The position numbers were made by a program, and so were the translations under genes. A stretch of 62,976 bases of DNA, filler included, from Pelomyxa schiedti (Eukaryota; Protista; Evosea): NCBI GenBank assembly GCA_020536535.1. It is 15 parts of 15 records of this genome, joined end to end, with 100 filler letters (N's around TTAATTAATTAA, not from the genome) between each part and the next. Parts side by side here need not be neighbours in the genome. Positions count along the whole stretch, not along the records: positions 1 to 18,093 come from JAHLWZ010000157.1; positions 18,194 to 22,459 come from JAHLWZ010001612.1; positions 22,560 to 23,840 come from JAHLWZ010002623.1; positions 23,941 to 25,956 come from JAHLWZ010002175.1; 11 more parts are not named here. One strand, written 5' to 3'. The notes beneath the pieces are model-generated. The model was given only the letters and a program-made list of their open reading frames with translations, was not told where the DNA came from and searched no databases. Of this stretch, positions 13,657 through 24,496 are shown piece by piece; positions within the stretch are counted from its first letter, which is position 1, and every line of letters begins with the position of its first letter.

Positions 13657-13785
13657 ACTTTGGAAAAAGAACACCTTGGCCACAGTAACCAGAAAGCAGG
13701 TCTCGTCGTCGTAGTCGTCAACCACTTCAATGACGACGAGACCCGCTTTCTGGTTACCGTGGCTGAGGTGTTCTTTTTCCAAAGT
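13657..13785. repeat. Near-perfect inverted repeat (56-bp arms, 17-nt loop)
   Basis: Arm 13657-13712 versus the reverse complement of 13730-13785 differs at 5 positions, all transitions. Confidence 0.95.
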
Positions 13786-14644
13786 TTCGCAGAGGCAACG
13801 CTGATAAGGATTCGTTGCAAAGTGGGAAGCCTGGTGAACACGTGCATGTGCTGCTCATGGTGTGGGAATGCTACCCTTGTCGCCCATCAATGTAAACACA
13901 AGAATAGAAAGGGGAACAAGGTTTTTATTTAACTCCTTTGTTATGTTGGTGGTGTAGTTATAGGCTGAGTCACACTCTGAGTAAGTTTCCCAGAGATCCA
14001 AATCAGAAATCCTTCCGTGAACTAATCAACAGTCCATTCTCACAATGGTACAAAAACTCACAAGTCCAAGAAGAAGGAAAACGCGAAAAAGCAGTCGAGC
14101 CAAGGCTCACGTGGAACAACTCCTCCACGTTCTCATCAGCCATACCTCATTGAAGAGTGGTGGTGATTTACAACACTTGCAAGCCATTGCCAGTCGAACT
14201 GGAGCCCTTCCAGTCGTGGAGGCACCCTGAAAATGGGTCTGAAGTGCAAGGGGTATGAATAATACCAATGGCAGCCATGCGATGTGCTGCTCGGACCAGC
14301 TCCTTACAGAAAGTACTCTTTTAAACCTTTCAGCACTGCAGTTTTGGATGCTGCATGCAACAGTGAAGAGATTTCCAGGACACCTGTAAAGTGCTGCTGG
14401 ATGTCACTTCCACACCCTGTTGGTCTTCAGAGCCACCACAACCAGAGTTCCAAACACACAACTGTTGCCCCTAATGCATGTCACTTTGGGTTGTGGGGCA
14501 TTATGAGTACCATTCTTACCCCGATATTTGCAATGGTGATGTGGCTTTCCAATCTCACCTTCCCACTATGATGTGCAGAGCAGCAAGGCACAAGACAGAG
14601 AAAGCTGTGCCGGTCGAATTTCACCACACACCACTCCAATCAAG

Positions 14645-14874
14645 CAAACTTACGAATTTGCAACCAACTTCTTGCTCCCGCTTTTCAAGAACCACCAAGA
14701 TGAAGCTGTCAAGTTCATTGACGATGAACTTGTTGGGTTGGTCAGGATTGGATGCCACAGTGACACCCTCAAGTGGCTCCGTGACAATTTGCCTCACAAA
14801 GACCTGATGCCATCATCTCCCAAAAACTTCATGAAAAGGCTGCTGTCTTCTCGTCCTCCCTCCAAAAAAACACA
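14645..14874 (+). repeat. Direct-repeat copy of 12308-12537
   Basis: Both encode YEFATNFLLPLFKNHQD.AVKFIDDELVGLVRIGCHSDTL.WLRDNL...FMKRLLSS.PPSKKT. Confidence 0.92.
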
Positions 14875-16168
14875 CAACATACAGTTCACAGACAAGTCGG
14901 CGACATGCCCACTGATATTAATTATGGAAACCTCAACAAGCACCCTTTGTAATTTGAGGTGGGGGATAGAGGGGAGAGAAGGGGGAAGTCCAGACGATCC
15001 TCTCGTGGTATTCCTCATCACTTCCCCTCGCCGATGTGCGGAAGGCACTTTCTCAAGTGCGCGATCAGTGACTCTTGACCCTGTATTACTTGAACAAGAA
15101 AATCCCACAGTCTCACAAACTTGTTGCCGAGTGCATGGAACACAGACTCACGTTGGAAATGATGTTTTCTGCAATATTCATGGCCCTCGATGTCAGTGGT
15201 AATCCGCTGGCTAACAGACACGGCGGCCACATTCGCAAGCATCCAATCTTCAATCCCACCAATACCTGACACTGCTGGTATAAATGCACCATCCACCACG
15301 AGTGCACAGTCTGATGTTGTTCCCTCTTTTATCAACAACCCAGACTATGTGGAGGATATCATGGAGGAGACTGATACTGATACTGATACCAATGCCAACA
15401 CAGATAGGGAGACCACTGATACTAATACAGACAACCCAACAGGCAAGCCTCAACCCAAGAAACTCCATGGAACACCTGTGGCTTTATTTGAACTTGAAGA
15501 AGAAACACCTGGGGAAAAAAAATTCTTTTTCTTTTGAAACAGCAGTGTTGCTGGATGCCGATTTGTAGAGATGTAGAGTTTTTTTGATTTGTGGATAATT
15601 GAAGAGAGGAAGCCACAGTCAGGGGCTTTCGAGCCGACTAGGTCCGACCTCACCAAACCCCCCTCCAATCTCCGAAAATCTTTTTGATTGGCTTGGTGTT
15701 GTTAACGCTGATTTTTCGGTGGGATAAATTGTGGGATTCGACTCCAAATTGATTTTTGTGGTACCGTGTACTAAATTGGCTGTGCAGAGTTAAAAATGCG
15801 TGTGTTGCCTTATCCAAACCAGAGGTGTGTTACAATGTATCAGCCCTGTGCCCCGTCTACCGTGGGTATTCGTTGTACTTGGCCAGTGCATGCCGTGCTT
15901 TTTTTTTGAGTGCATTGAAATTAATGCAAGTTCATTCAAGGGCAGGCAAAGACCAATAGTCAGAGGCAATGGCTGCCTGATGGTGGGTCTTCATTCATTG
16001 GAATGCTTCTTAGTGCTGTTCAGTGTTCCTTTGTCATAAGAAGTATCAACACTACTCCATTGTGCCCCGTTGTTGTGTTGCTGACTACTTCTAGCTTGTG
16101 CTTGAATGCTCTATCATGCTTTGAACTCTGCTGCCTTTTCAGTGTGTCCAGGCGTGGCTGTGGTTGGG

Positions 16169-16349
16169 AAGCATCGTGATGGATCGCATCACCGATCATT
16201 GGCGACTCCAGCTTAAGTGTTAATTAGATTCATTGTATGGTCGGGATAGCGCAAACTTGCTCATTTCCTTGAATCAGGTAGAGAGCATCAAAAGCAAAAC
16301 CAGTATTTGCAGGCAACAAAAGGTAGTATGAGAACCAGGAAGTTATTTG
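16169..16349 (-). repeat. Inverted partial copy of the 1-kb repeat
   Basis: The reverse complement matches 2819-2998 (aaataacttcctggttctcatactacc...ccatcacgatgctt). Confidence 0.9.
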
Positions 16350-18137
16350 GATGACATCTGCACTATATGGAAGAATTCAGATGATCTAGACAGGAGCCTG
16401 CATGGGGGGGTGGGTTTCCAGGATCTCCGTCTTCTTAAAAGACATTCTCTATTATATGCACCTGTTACGGCGCACAGATACAATGTATCTGGTCCCTTTG
16501 GTTTGGTGGGGGAGATGAGTAGGCTACTCTTCAACATCGTGATAGACACAGTGGCTTCAGTGTTCTGCATAAGGTGTGTGATCACGTTGGTCCACGTTTG
16601 GGGCATTCCTATATGCTCCAAAATGTGTATAATGGCGTTCCAGTCAAGGAAGGATGTAAGCTGGGGGATTGGGTTGCGTTTCTTGTTGTAATTACTGAGG
16701 AAAGCTTTTCCACCTCATCACCCTTTTGTGTGGAAAGCTCCCTGCTGCTGTGCCACTTGTGTGTAAGTGCAAGCAAGGCGGTGGGGGTGTGGTGATGTAT
16801 GTAGGCCGTGCTGCTGTCCTCGGAACCGGCAAAGTGTTGAGGCTATATTAGGTTCCTTGTTCCTCCTGCTCCATGCTTTGCTCCGCTGTCCTTTTGGAGT
16901 AGCTAAGCTTGCTCTAACAAGTGTTCCCTCTGGTGCCAACCACCTTGGATTATAATGTGTCCTGGCTGGGCATGACTTGGCCAAAGTTGTTTCCAAGATT
17001 ATCTGGGAGCTGCCTGGATCGGACAGGAAGCAGTGATTCCAGAGAACTTCTAGAAGTGAGCGGGGTACCTCGACAAGAAGAGCAAGTAAAAATCGGGCCC
17101 ATAACAATGGTAATTATACTTCGAGGAGGAGGTGAATTGAACAAACAACACATGCTTCATCAATACATACATTTTTCATCATGATCCTTCACAAAGGCAG
17201 ACTGCCTTTCCGGAATTAACTGCTCCATAGTGCTTGAATCTGGTTTTCTTGGTCCACTCATCGTAAAATAAGTACAGGAGTCCAAAGTGCCTTTTGTACA
17301 GGCAGATTGATTGGCGGTATAAATTGTGGGATATTTGTGGTTTACACAGAGTGCGGGTGTTGCTGTGCTGTGGTTCTTATGGTTAGGTCGTAGGTCGTAT
17401 GGCACCTACGTTTTTGTAGTTGTTTACAGCGTCCCGGTACGTGAGTCGGTTGCCGAAATGTACATATAGCACAGTATCACCGGACAACGAACCAGGCCCC
17501 GTAAACTGCCCCTCGCGTGCCGCACGGACAACGAAAAAAAACAAAAATTTTTTTCTCCATGGGATCGACACCATTCATTCCGCCGTTTTCAATAAAAAGA
17601 ACTGCCTTTTCCTTTTCGAAAAGGATCTTGAATAAGTGCCAGGATGTTAATCTCGGCGCGCCGTAGGCGCTTTTGCTCAGTGTAGGTATCTTTTGCAACA
17701 AGAAGAGCAGATTGCAGACAGTTCCAACCGCGGCAATAACTTGACAATTGGGTATGGAACTGCGAGTAGCTGTGGGAAATATGTTTGTTTGTGTGAAACA
17801 CGAAAAAGGAAAAAAAAAGACATAAACACCTCAGAGGGATAGGGCCGGTCCCAGGAAGACCTGTTTTCTTCTGAAACCTGGTGGTGTGTATATCTACATC
17901 CAGGTGTTCCCTACGGTTTTATGTGTTGCGATAAGGGAAGAAGAATGAACAGGGTTTGTTTGAACATACAATATACATCGGTGTATTGGACTGAATGGTG
18001 TTAATTAAAAAACCTACAGTCAAAAAAGTAGAGACTGTACTATACCCCACAACAAGACCAAGAGGAGCAAGAATGCCCATAACCGGAATACTCNNNNNNN
18101 NNNNNNNNNNNNNNNNNNNNNNNNNNNNNNNNNNNNN

Positions 18138-18149
18138 TTAATTAATTAA
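18138..18149. other. Artificial contig-joining linker TTAATTAATTAA inside N runs (first of 14)
   Basis: The same 12-mer sits in the middle of 100-nt N blocks at 18138, 22504, 23885, 26001, 27121, 28516, 35584, 39679, 41333, 42465, 45346, 46725, 49376 and 56174. It carries stops in all six frames, and genes are cut at each linker. Confidence 0.97.
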
Positions 18150-18193
18150 NNNNNNNNNNNNNNNNNNNNNNNNNNNNNNNNNNNNNNNNNNNN

Positions 18194-18388
18194 CTTCCTC
18201 AAAACAGCAACAACGACAATCACCCTCTGGCACCCCACGACCCACTCGTCCCACAATTTCTTCACGAGGTGCGCACCCATTATGCTCACGACCGAGCGGT
18301 CAGCAGCCTTCACGGAGTGCGTCGAGAAAACCAACGGTAGGAATTGGTCACGCGCCCTCAGTCCAGCACAAAGGACTTCGATGCTCAT
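18194..18388 (-). CDS. Expanded F-box-like family member, N-terminal fragment (cut by linker)
   Basis: RARDQFLPLVFSTH...LVKKLWDEWVVG matches the family N-terminal motif. Confidence 0.65.
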
Positions 18389-18676
18389 TTCTGTAGTTTT
18401 TTTTATTTCTGATAATAGATCAGCGTTGGTGCTGAGATGGCGTTCGGCATTTCATTTAGCACAATAAGACGGGCAACCACATTTGGGCGAGGACTGTTGT
18501 TGAAGCACAGATCAAGGGGGGATGAGTTAGTGCCCATCACAATAATGGGATTCATTGAGTGATTGAGACCCAAGAAAAAAAAAACTTTCGTTACTCTGTC
18601 GTTAAGCAGCTTTCTCAAAAAACGAATGAGAGGCATCGGTATTTTTGTGTTTTACAGAACGACACCAACTAGTCGG

Positions 18677-19080
18677 TGTTATTGACGGCTACTACTTTGG
18701 ATCGACGGCCCATTGTTACCGTCGACTACGACCGATTATTTGCCTTTGATTAACAACAAGAAGGTAGAAACTATACTTGGGCACAAGACTACGAGCGAGG
18801 GTAACATCTACGAAGTCAAGTTCCGGGGATACTCTGGTGGAACCGAGTGGATTCATGGTAGCAAGCTGGTGACACATCCTGCAATGGTGGACTATTATGC
18901 ACGTCTGAGGACAGACGCGAATCTTCAGAGGGGGGATGTTATTGACGGCTACTACTTTGGATCGAGCGACGCTTAGAAATAGCGATTCTAAATCTAATGC
19001 CAAGTTGCGGAAAGCTAAACGGCGTTGACAGCATTGCCCTGCGTGCCACGCGTTTAAACGCACTTGATCTTTGTAACCAA
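18677..19080 (+). mobile_element. Chromovirus (Ty3/gypsy) remnant: LTR start, chromodomain, PPT, LTR
   Basis: Chromodomain KVETILGHK..GNIYEVKFRGY..GTEWI..SKL (about 18761-18906), then purine tract AGAGGGGGGA (18927-18936) directly followed by TGTTATTGACGG. The same 29-mer occurs at 18677-18705. The right end is uncertain. Confidence 0.7.
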
Positions 19081-19139
19081 AGGGAGGGAAAAAAAATAAT
19101 TTGTTTTTGTTCATAGTAGTTCACTATTTTATCGGTTAT

Positions 19140-20447
19140 CTAGTTGGAACCATTGAGAGTTTGAACTTGCACTGTGGCCACTGGGGAGTCATCTGGAATG
19201 GAAAAAAGGAACTGACCACAGAGAGCATCGTGGAAAGAGATGGTCTCACTGCAAGTGTGGGTGCAAATGAGGCCCTGATGGAACATGTCAGAGCAGGGAA
19301 TTACAGGGATGGTTACATCCATCCTCACGGGGGATTGAGTGTTGGACACTTCAAAAATCTGGTGTCCCACAGCAAAGTGAGAGCTGTCAACAATGTGGAA
19401 CTTTTCTGTGTTGGGTATAATGACTATGGAACTGGTGATAACATTCACCAACTCAATCCTGTGAACGCACCTGAATGGCAAAAACAGGCTGCCATCAGAG
19501 CAACTGCTCATCACAGCCACGGGTTCACTCACAACGTTCTCATCTCTCACAATGGTGTGGAGCTCAACAACAGATAGTGCCCCAGTGTCAAGCGTCCTTT
19601 TCAGGTCAACGATTCTGACTTCCCAATTTGACTTCACAGTAGTACTTCGTGTCACAATGCACAGCTCATCGCCTTGGGAAATCATTGACCTCTTTGACCA
19701 AGTTATTTCCGTTAGGCCGTGCCAAATCCCCCTGGGTTGTCTTGGAAGATACACCTTCAGTGAGTCAGAGGGAAAGTGGTCCTGCTGCAGCTTCCACACA
19801 GTCATGGTCCCAGAGTAGTCGACTCCCACTGCCCACTTGCAATTACTTCTGACAGACCTATGTGAACAATTCATCCAATGCTTAGATTGTATCGGCTTCT
19901 TCTCTACCATCTCCCGGCAGTCCTGCAGCCTGTTGGCCTGCATTCTGCCGAATCCCACTCTCTTCATCACCACCTTGTCAGACAGGAACACGAGTGGGTC
20001 TTTCTCACCCATTTCGTATAACACCTCCCTTGGGCCGTCAGTCACACCCAAAGTGTGGGAAACACCCACTAGGAAGTACTCTGAGTGCTCGTTTTTGCCA
20101 CCATAGTATGACAGCCTCACAACGAACCTCTTTGCAGTTCCTACAATCCAGTCACGTCCAATCTGGCTCATCAACACCCCGCTCAACAATGTCACTGGCA
20201 GACTTGCATTGTTGCTGTTGCTGTTGTCGTTGTGTGAGTGCCTGTTTTGTTGATGAAAATTAAATTAAAAATAATGTTGTATGTGGAAGGAAAAAGTTTA
20301 ACCAAAAAAAAAAAAAACCTACCCAGAGAGTGCCTCCTCTGCCGATAGTTGATGATGGGTACAGTTGTTGTGTCCCCATACACCAACTGCAATGGCGAGA
20401 AATTGGTCCCGAGCACTCAACTTGATCAGTGTCGTTCCGTAGCTCAT
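19140..20447 (-). CDS. Expanded F-box-like family member (2 exons)
   Basis: MSYGTTLIKLSARDQFLAIAVG, one GT-AG intron, then LMSQIGRDWIVG...NCKWAV...QSPVR..HQGL. Confidence 0.75.
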
Positions 20448-20514
20448 CAAATTTTTCTTTTCGTCGATACATTGAGGGTTCCCTGAAAAATGATGGCTTT
20501 TTCGAAAAGACGTG

Positions 20515-21891
20515 ATGCTCCAGGCACAACGCGCCTGCGAACAGATCCTCGCGTTGGTGATGGCGTCCCACAATCGGTGTGGTGCGTCGAGCCCCGCCCG
20601 CCGCTTCGTTTCTCTGCCTGGGCTCGCAACCGCGCCATTGTGGGACTGGTGCCTCGGCCCTGACTCCGAAATAGCTCTCGGGGTGTCGATCCTGGTCGGC
20701 GGCCACGGCGTCGCCCACTACGTCATTCTCGGAATCTCGACCGCCCTGATGAGCATCACCAGAGTCACATTCAGGCTGAAGTACGCAGACCTGGAACATC
20801 TGACAGGAATCAAGATGGATCACAACCAGTGGGCAGACCGCTGGCTAGCACCACATCCTGTCCATCAGGACAAACTGGTGGTCGAGACATTTCACAAGTA
20901 CAGCAGCAATTACAGATTCTATGTAGTGGACCTGCAGCTGGCAGAGCGGGAAGGACAGTCCCTTCCTTCATTGGAAGCCTCATCAAGTTCGTTGTCATCA
21001 TTGCCACCACCATCACGGTTCTTGTTTGAGGGGCCTCATTCCCCTCTTGGGAGTTCCCCTCTCAGGAGCTCCGTTCTTGGATACTGCTCCAATAACAAGT
21101 GGTGGGTGTGTCATTGTGGATATCTGAATGGTGGTGTTCCCTCACTGGTCATTGCTGACTTGGATTACCGTGATCCTACAAACCATCAGGCACAAAACCA
21201 AAATGGTGTTGTGGCTGTTGTATGTCCTCCATTCGAGGAACTCCCTGATTTGGAGTACTCTGAATGGAAGAAACTGAAGTGTGGTAATGTTTCTTTCAAC
21301 AACAATGTCGCTGATGAAGCACTTCTGGTGTTTGATAACGTAATCACTGATCAGATACTGCTGGTTATTGTTGATGTGAATGAGACCCACACAACAAACA
21401 AAACTGCAGTGCTCAGTATCACAAGGCAGATGCCACTATCACCGCACCGGAAAAACCTTCATTACTTTGGGGCAATGCATGGCCTTGCCATGAAACCACA
21501 TACTCCAGCAGCAACAGCTTGTCAACAACGTGTTTTGTTGTTGCACGACAGTGAGAACCGATGCCTGTACGAAGTTGCAGAGGTCACTGGGAGTTGGAAA
21601 ATCATTTCCAAAGAAGCACTGCAGCTGTCACAGCTAAGCTCCTCTCTTTTTTGTACCTCAAGGAGTGATGGAAGAATCGAAGTGTGGGACTGCAACAACA
21701 CATCTGCACCGCTGAGGACTCTACAGCAGCGGCCAAACTTCCTTCCCCTTCTATTTGTTGCACATTCAGGGTTCATCTTTCACCAGCACAAAGCACCTGA
21801 GAATACCATTGAAATGACGGACTCCCATGACCGCCACCTTTTTACCCTCTTGCTCGCCTCAGAACCAAACTTTAGTGTGACCGGTCTCTAA
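20515..21891 (+). CDS. Expanded F-box-like family member (single exon)
   Basis: ACEQILALVMASHNRCGASSPAR...LWDWCLG, NNKWWV, IEVWDCNNTSAPLR, SGFIF. Intact ORF of about 458 codons. Confidence 0.85.
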   Translation: MLQAQRACEQILALVMASHNRCGASSPARRFVSLPGLATAPLWDWCLGPDSEIALGVSILVGGHGVAHYVILGISTALMSITRVTFRLKYADLEHLTGIKMDHNQWADRWLAPHPVHQDKLVVETFHKYSSNYRFYVVDLQLAEREGQSLPSLEASSSSLSSLPPPSRFLFEGPHSPLGSSPLRSSVLGYCSNNKWWVCHCGYLNGGVPSLVIADLDYRDPTNHQAQNQNGVVAVVCPPFEELPDLEYSEWKKLKCGNVSFNNNVADEALLVFDNVITDQILLVIVDVNETHTTNKTAVLSITRQMPLSPHRKNLHYFGAMHGLAMKPHTPAATACQQRVLLLHDSENRCLYEVAEVTGSWKIISKEALQLSQLSSSLFCTSRSDGRIEVWDCNNTSAPLRTLQQRPNFLPLLFVAHSGFIFHQHKAPENTIEMTDSHDRHLFTLLLASEPNFSVTGL

Positions 21892-22333
21892 AAAGAATGA
21901 ATGGGAGACTTCACTGAACTGTGATTGGCACTCTGAGTCGGCAGCACCCTGCGCTTCCGGGTAACCACGTCGAGCAGGTATTCCTCATCACTGGATGGAC
22001 CCTGTTCGATGACGGCCAAGTTGCCAAGAGAGCAATGGATCGGTTTCCTCCGCCACATCTCACGCCACGTCCCATGCCACTTGATTTCTCTTGTGAGGCT
22101 CATCAACGCCGCTGACACTCCGAATGTGTAGTAACTCACATAAGGGAACATCCACGTTGAAACTCCAAACAACACCTCCGAGTCGCGGCCGAGGCACCAG
22201 TCCCACAATGGCGAGGTAGGGACACGAAGTGGCGCGCGGGGCTCGCCGCGCCACACCGATTGTGGGACGCCATCACCAACGCCAGGATCTGTTCTCGCGC
22301 GTGCTGGGCATCAACAACCTGCACCTCGGACAT
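21888..22333 (-). pseudogene. Frameshifted, truncated paralog of the 20515 gene
   Basis: AREQILALVMASHNRCGAASPARHFVSLP is followed by a 13-nt deletion relative to the paralog. LWDWCLGRDSEVLFGVS continues in another frame. Confidence 0.8.
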
Positions 22334-22559
22334 TTTCTACACCGGTGTGCAAATGTGATGAGAATGAGGCCTTCATTTCGTCAGGCATGAAGCCCCAAAT
22401 TTTGAAAAACCGCGTACAAAAAACTGGAGCGGGCAGGAGTTTTTACACTTGGGAGGGGTNNNNNNNNNNNNNNNNNNNNNNNNNNNNNNNNNNNNNNNNN
22501 NNNTTAATTAATTAANNNNNNNNNNNNNNNNNNNNNNNNNNNNNNNNNNNNNNNNNNNN

Positions 22560-23336
22560 CAGGCTCGGTCGTGGGGACAATGTTCCTCAGGTTCTCGTTG
22601 TCACGTGCCCTAAACTCAGTGACGAGGAGACCCGCCGATCCCATAAGTTGCATTCGTGGCAAGGCTGTGATCGGTGCCTCTGACCCAGACCACGTGGTGA
22701 CCAGACAGTACGCAGCCCGGCCTGATAGAGTCGTCTCCTTCGACCTCGTCCACGTCGAGACCGGCACCGACAGGGTTCTGATGCCTGAGGGCGATGAATC
22801 GGCTGTGGTTTATGTCGGGAGAAAGTGGCTTGTACATTGCACCGGGAGCGGCTCATTGACTCTGCGCAGCTTGGCGGCCGAACACGCCGAAGTCAGGCTG
22901 GGGAATTGCCTGCCTGAGAATGCATACTCCTGCGCTGGGATCGTGCAGGGCGTGCGCGGTGACTCTGATCACGTCATGTTCGTGTGGGCCATTTGAGTCT
23001 TCTGGGACTGTGTTTGAGTTATGTGAGGGTGGTGGGTGTGCACCACCAAGGTCAATCTCAACAGTGACTAATGGTGTGTCACGGCTTAGCTCCTCCACGT
23101 TTTGCATCTGCAAGAGCGATTTCAGTGCTCAGTTGTGGGACTGCAACAACACAGCAGCGCCACTGAGGGTAGTTCCAGGCAGGCCAAGCATCGCAGGGGT
23201 TACAGCTGAATCAGGATTCCTCTTTCACAGAGGATTCGACAGGAAGATTGATGTCACTGATCCCCATGGTGCACTTGTTGGTACTATCCATTTTCCCCAC
23301 AGTATCCTGTTCCTCTCTGTCACTGGTTTTACATGA
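22560..23336 (+). CDS. Expanded F-box-like family member, C-terminal part with a frameshift near 22990
   Basis: GRKWLVHC in frame 22571. AQLWDCNNTAAPLR and ESGFLF lie in frame 22920-23336. Confidence 0.65.
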
Positions 23337-24496
23337 TAATTGGAAATGTTCACCACCTGTGCACACTCAGGCAGATACAACAGTAAATAAACCACCAAGC
23401 AGTACAATTATAATGTTACTTGTTTTAATTTCATACCACTATATTGTCTGTAGCCAATAGTAATACCACTGCACCACATCCTCAACACCACCCCACAACA
23501 ACCAACCTCTGGGTGGGGGGAGGCCCAGAGCATCATCATGTTGCTGCTCACAATGTATGTATTTATTATTTGAGCCAAGTTTGCTCCTTGTTGGGTCTGG
23601 GGAGGTGACACAGCGCCCTGCTGTGGGCAGGTGAGGCCACACGTTCAAATTGCTGGAATTATTGGCGCGACGCCCGGCCTGCTCACCACCCACCCCCCGC
23701 CCCCAACGTCAGCTGCACACGCCGGCCCCCACGAGCGAGTCCGCAGATCGGCAGCAGCAACAGATCTACAAGCACGCCATGATGCAGCCACATAAGATCA
23801 AGTCCGCCCCAGCTGTGTGCGTTGATATTAGTCGTATTTANNNNNNNNNNNNNNNNNNNNNNNNNNNNNNNNNNNNNNNNNNNNTTAATTAATTAANNNN
23901 NNNNNNNNNNNNNNNNNNNNNNNNNNNNNNNNNNNNNNNNCGTCTCCCCGCTTCATGCACTTCATAAACTCCCCGATGGCCCCGTTTTTCCCTGTTGTAG
24001 CAGCAGCAGAAGCGGCAGTGTTGGTGGTGGTGGCATCACCGGTGAGAGAATTTGATGGTGGCCTTGTTGCTTCTGTCATGATGGTTGTTGAACAGTTTTT
24101 CGAGTTTATCAAAAAAACGGTGTTTCGCGAAATGGGACTTGCACTTGTTCTCCTTGTGGGTCCTTCTCGTGAATGGCCCGAAATAACTTGTTCCAACTTG
24201 CTAGCACTCCGCGGAGTCCAATTTCTATTTCTACCAGTATGTTTGGTTGACCCAAGCGTCCCACAATTGCCTCACCAGTTCCAGCCCAGGCGACTTGGCA
24301 CTGCCATCCCCCAGTCTTCCATCCTTGGAGATTCAGTTTTTTGATCAGTTTGCATCCCAAAAGAAGGAAGCACAGTCAATTACTTGTTTATAAGCCCAAG
24401 TATTGGTCATCTACCGTTTGTTTCAACAAGCACCATCAAGTACTTGAAATAACAACCCTGGTTTTTTGTTTGTGTTTGAGTCTGGCACTTTTTTTT

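Noticed and set aside
14900-17400. Several 60-130 aa ORFs in 14.9-17.4 kb
   Set aside because: They have no recognisable motifs, overlap on both strands and contain stops; they are probably decayed repeat or intergenic DNA.
18138-18149. TTAATTAATTAA as a biological palindrome or regulatory site
   Set aside because: It always sits centred in N blocks with fixed padding, so it is a synthetic six-frame stop linker.
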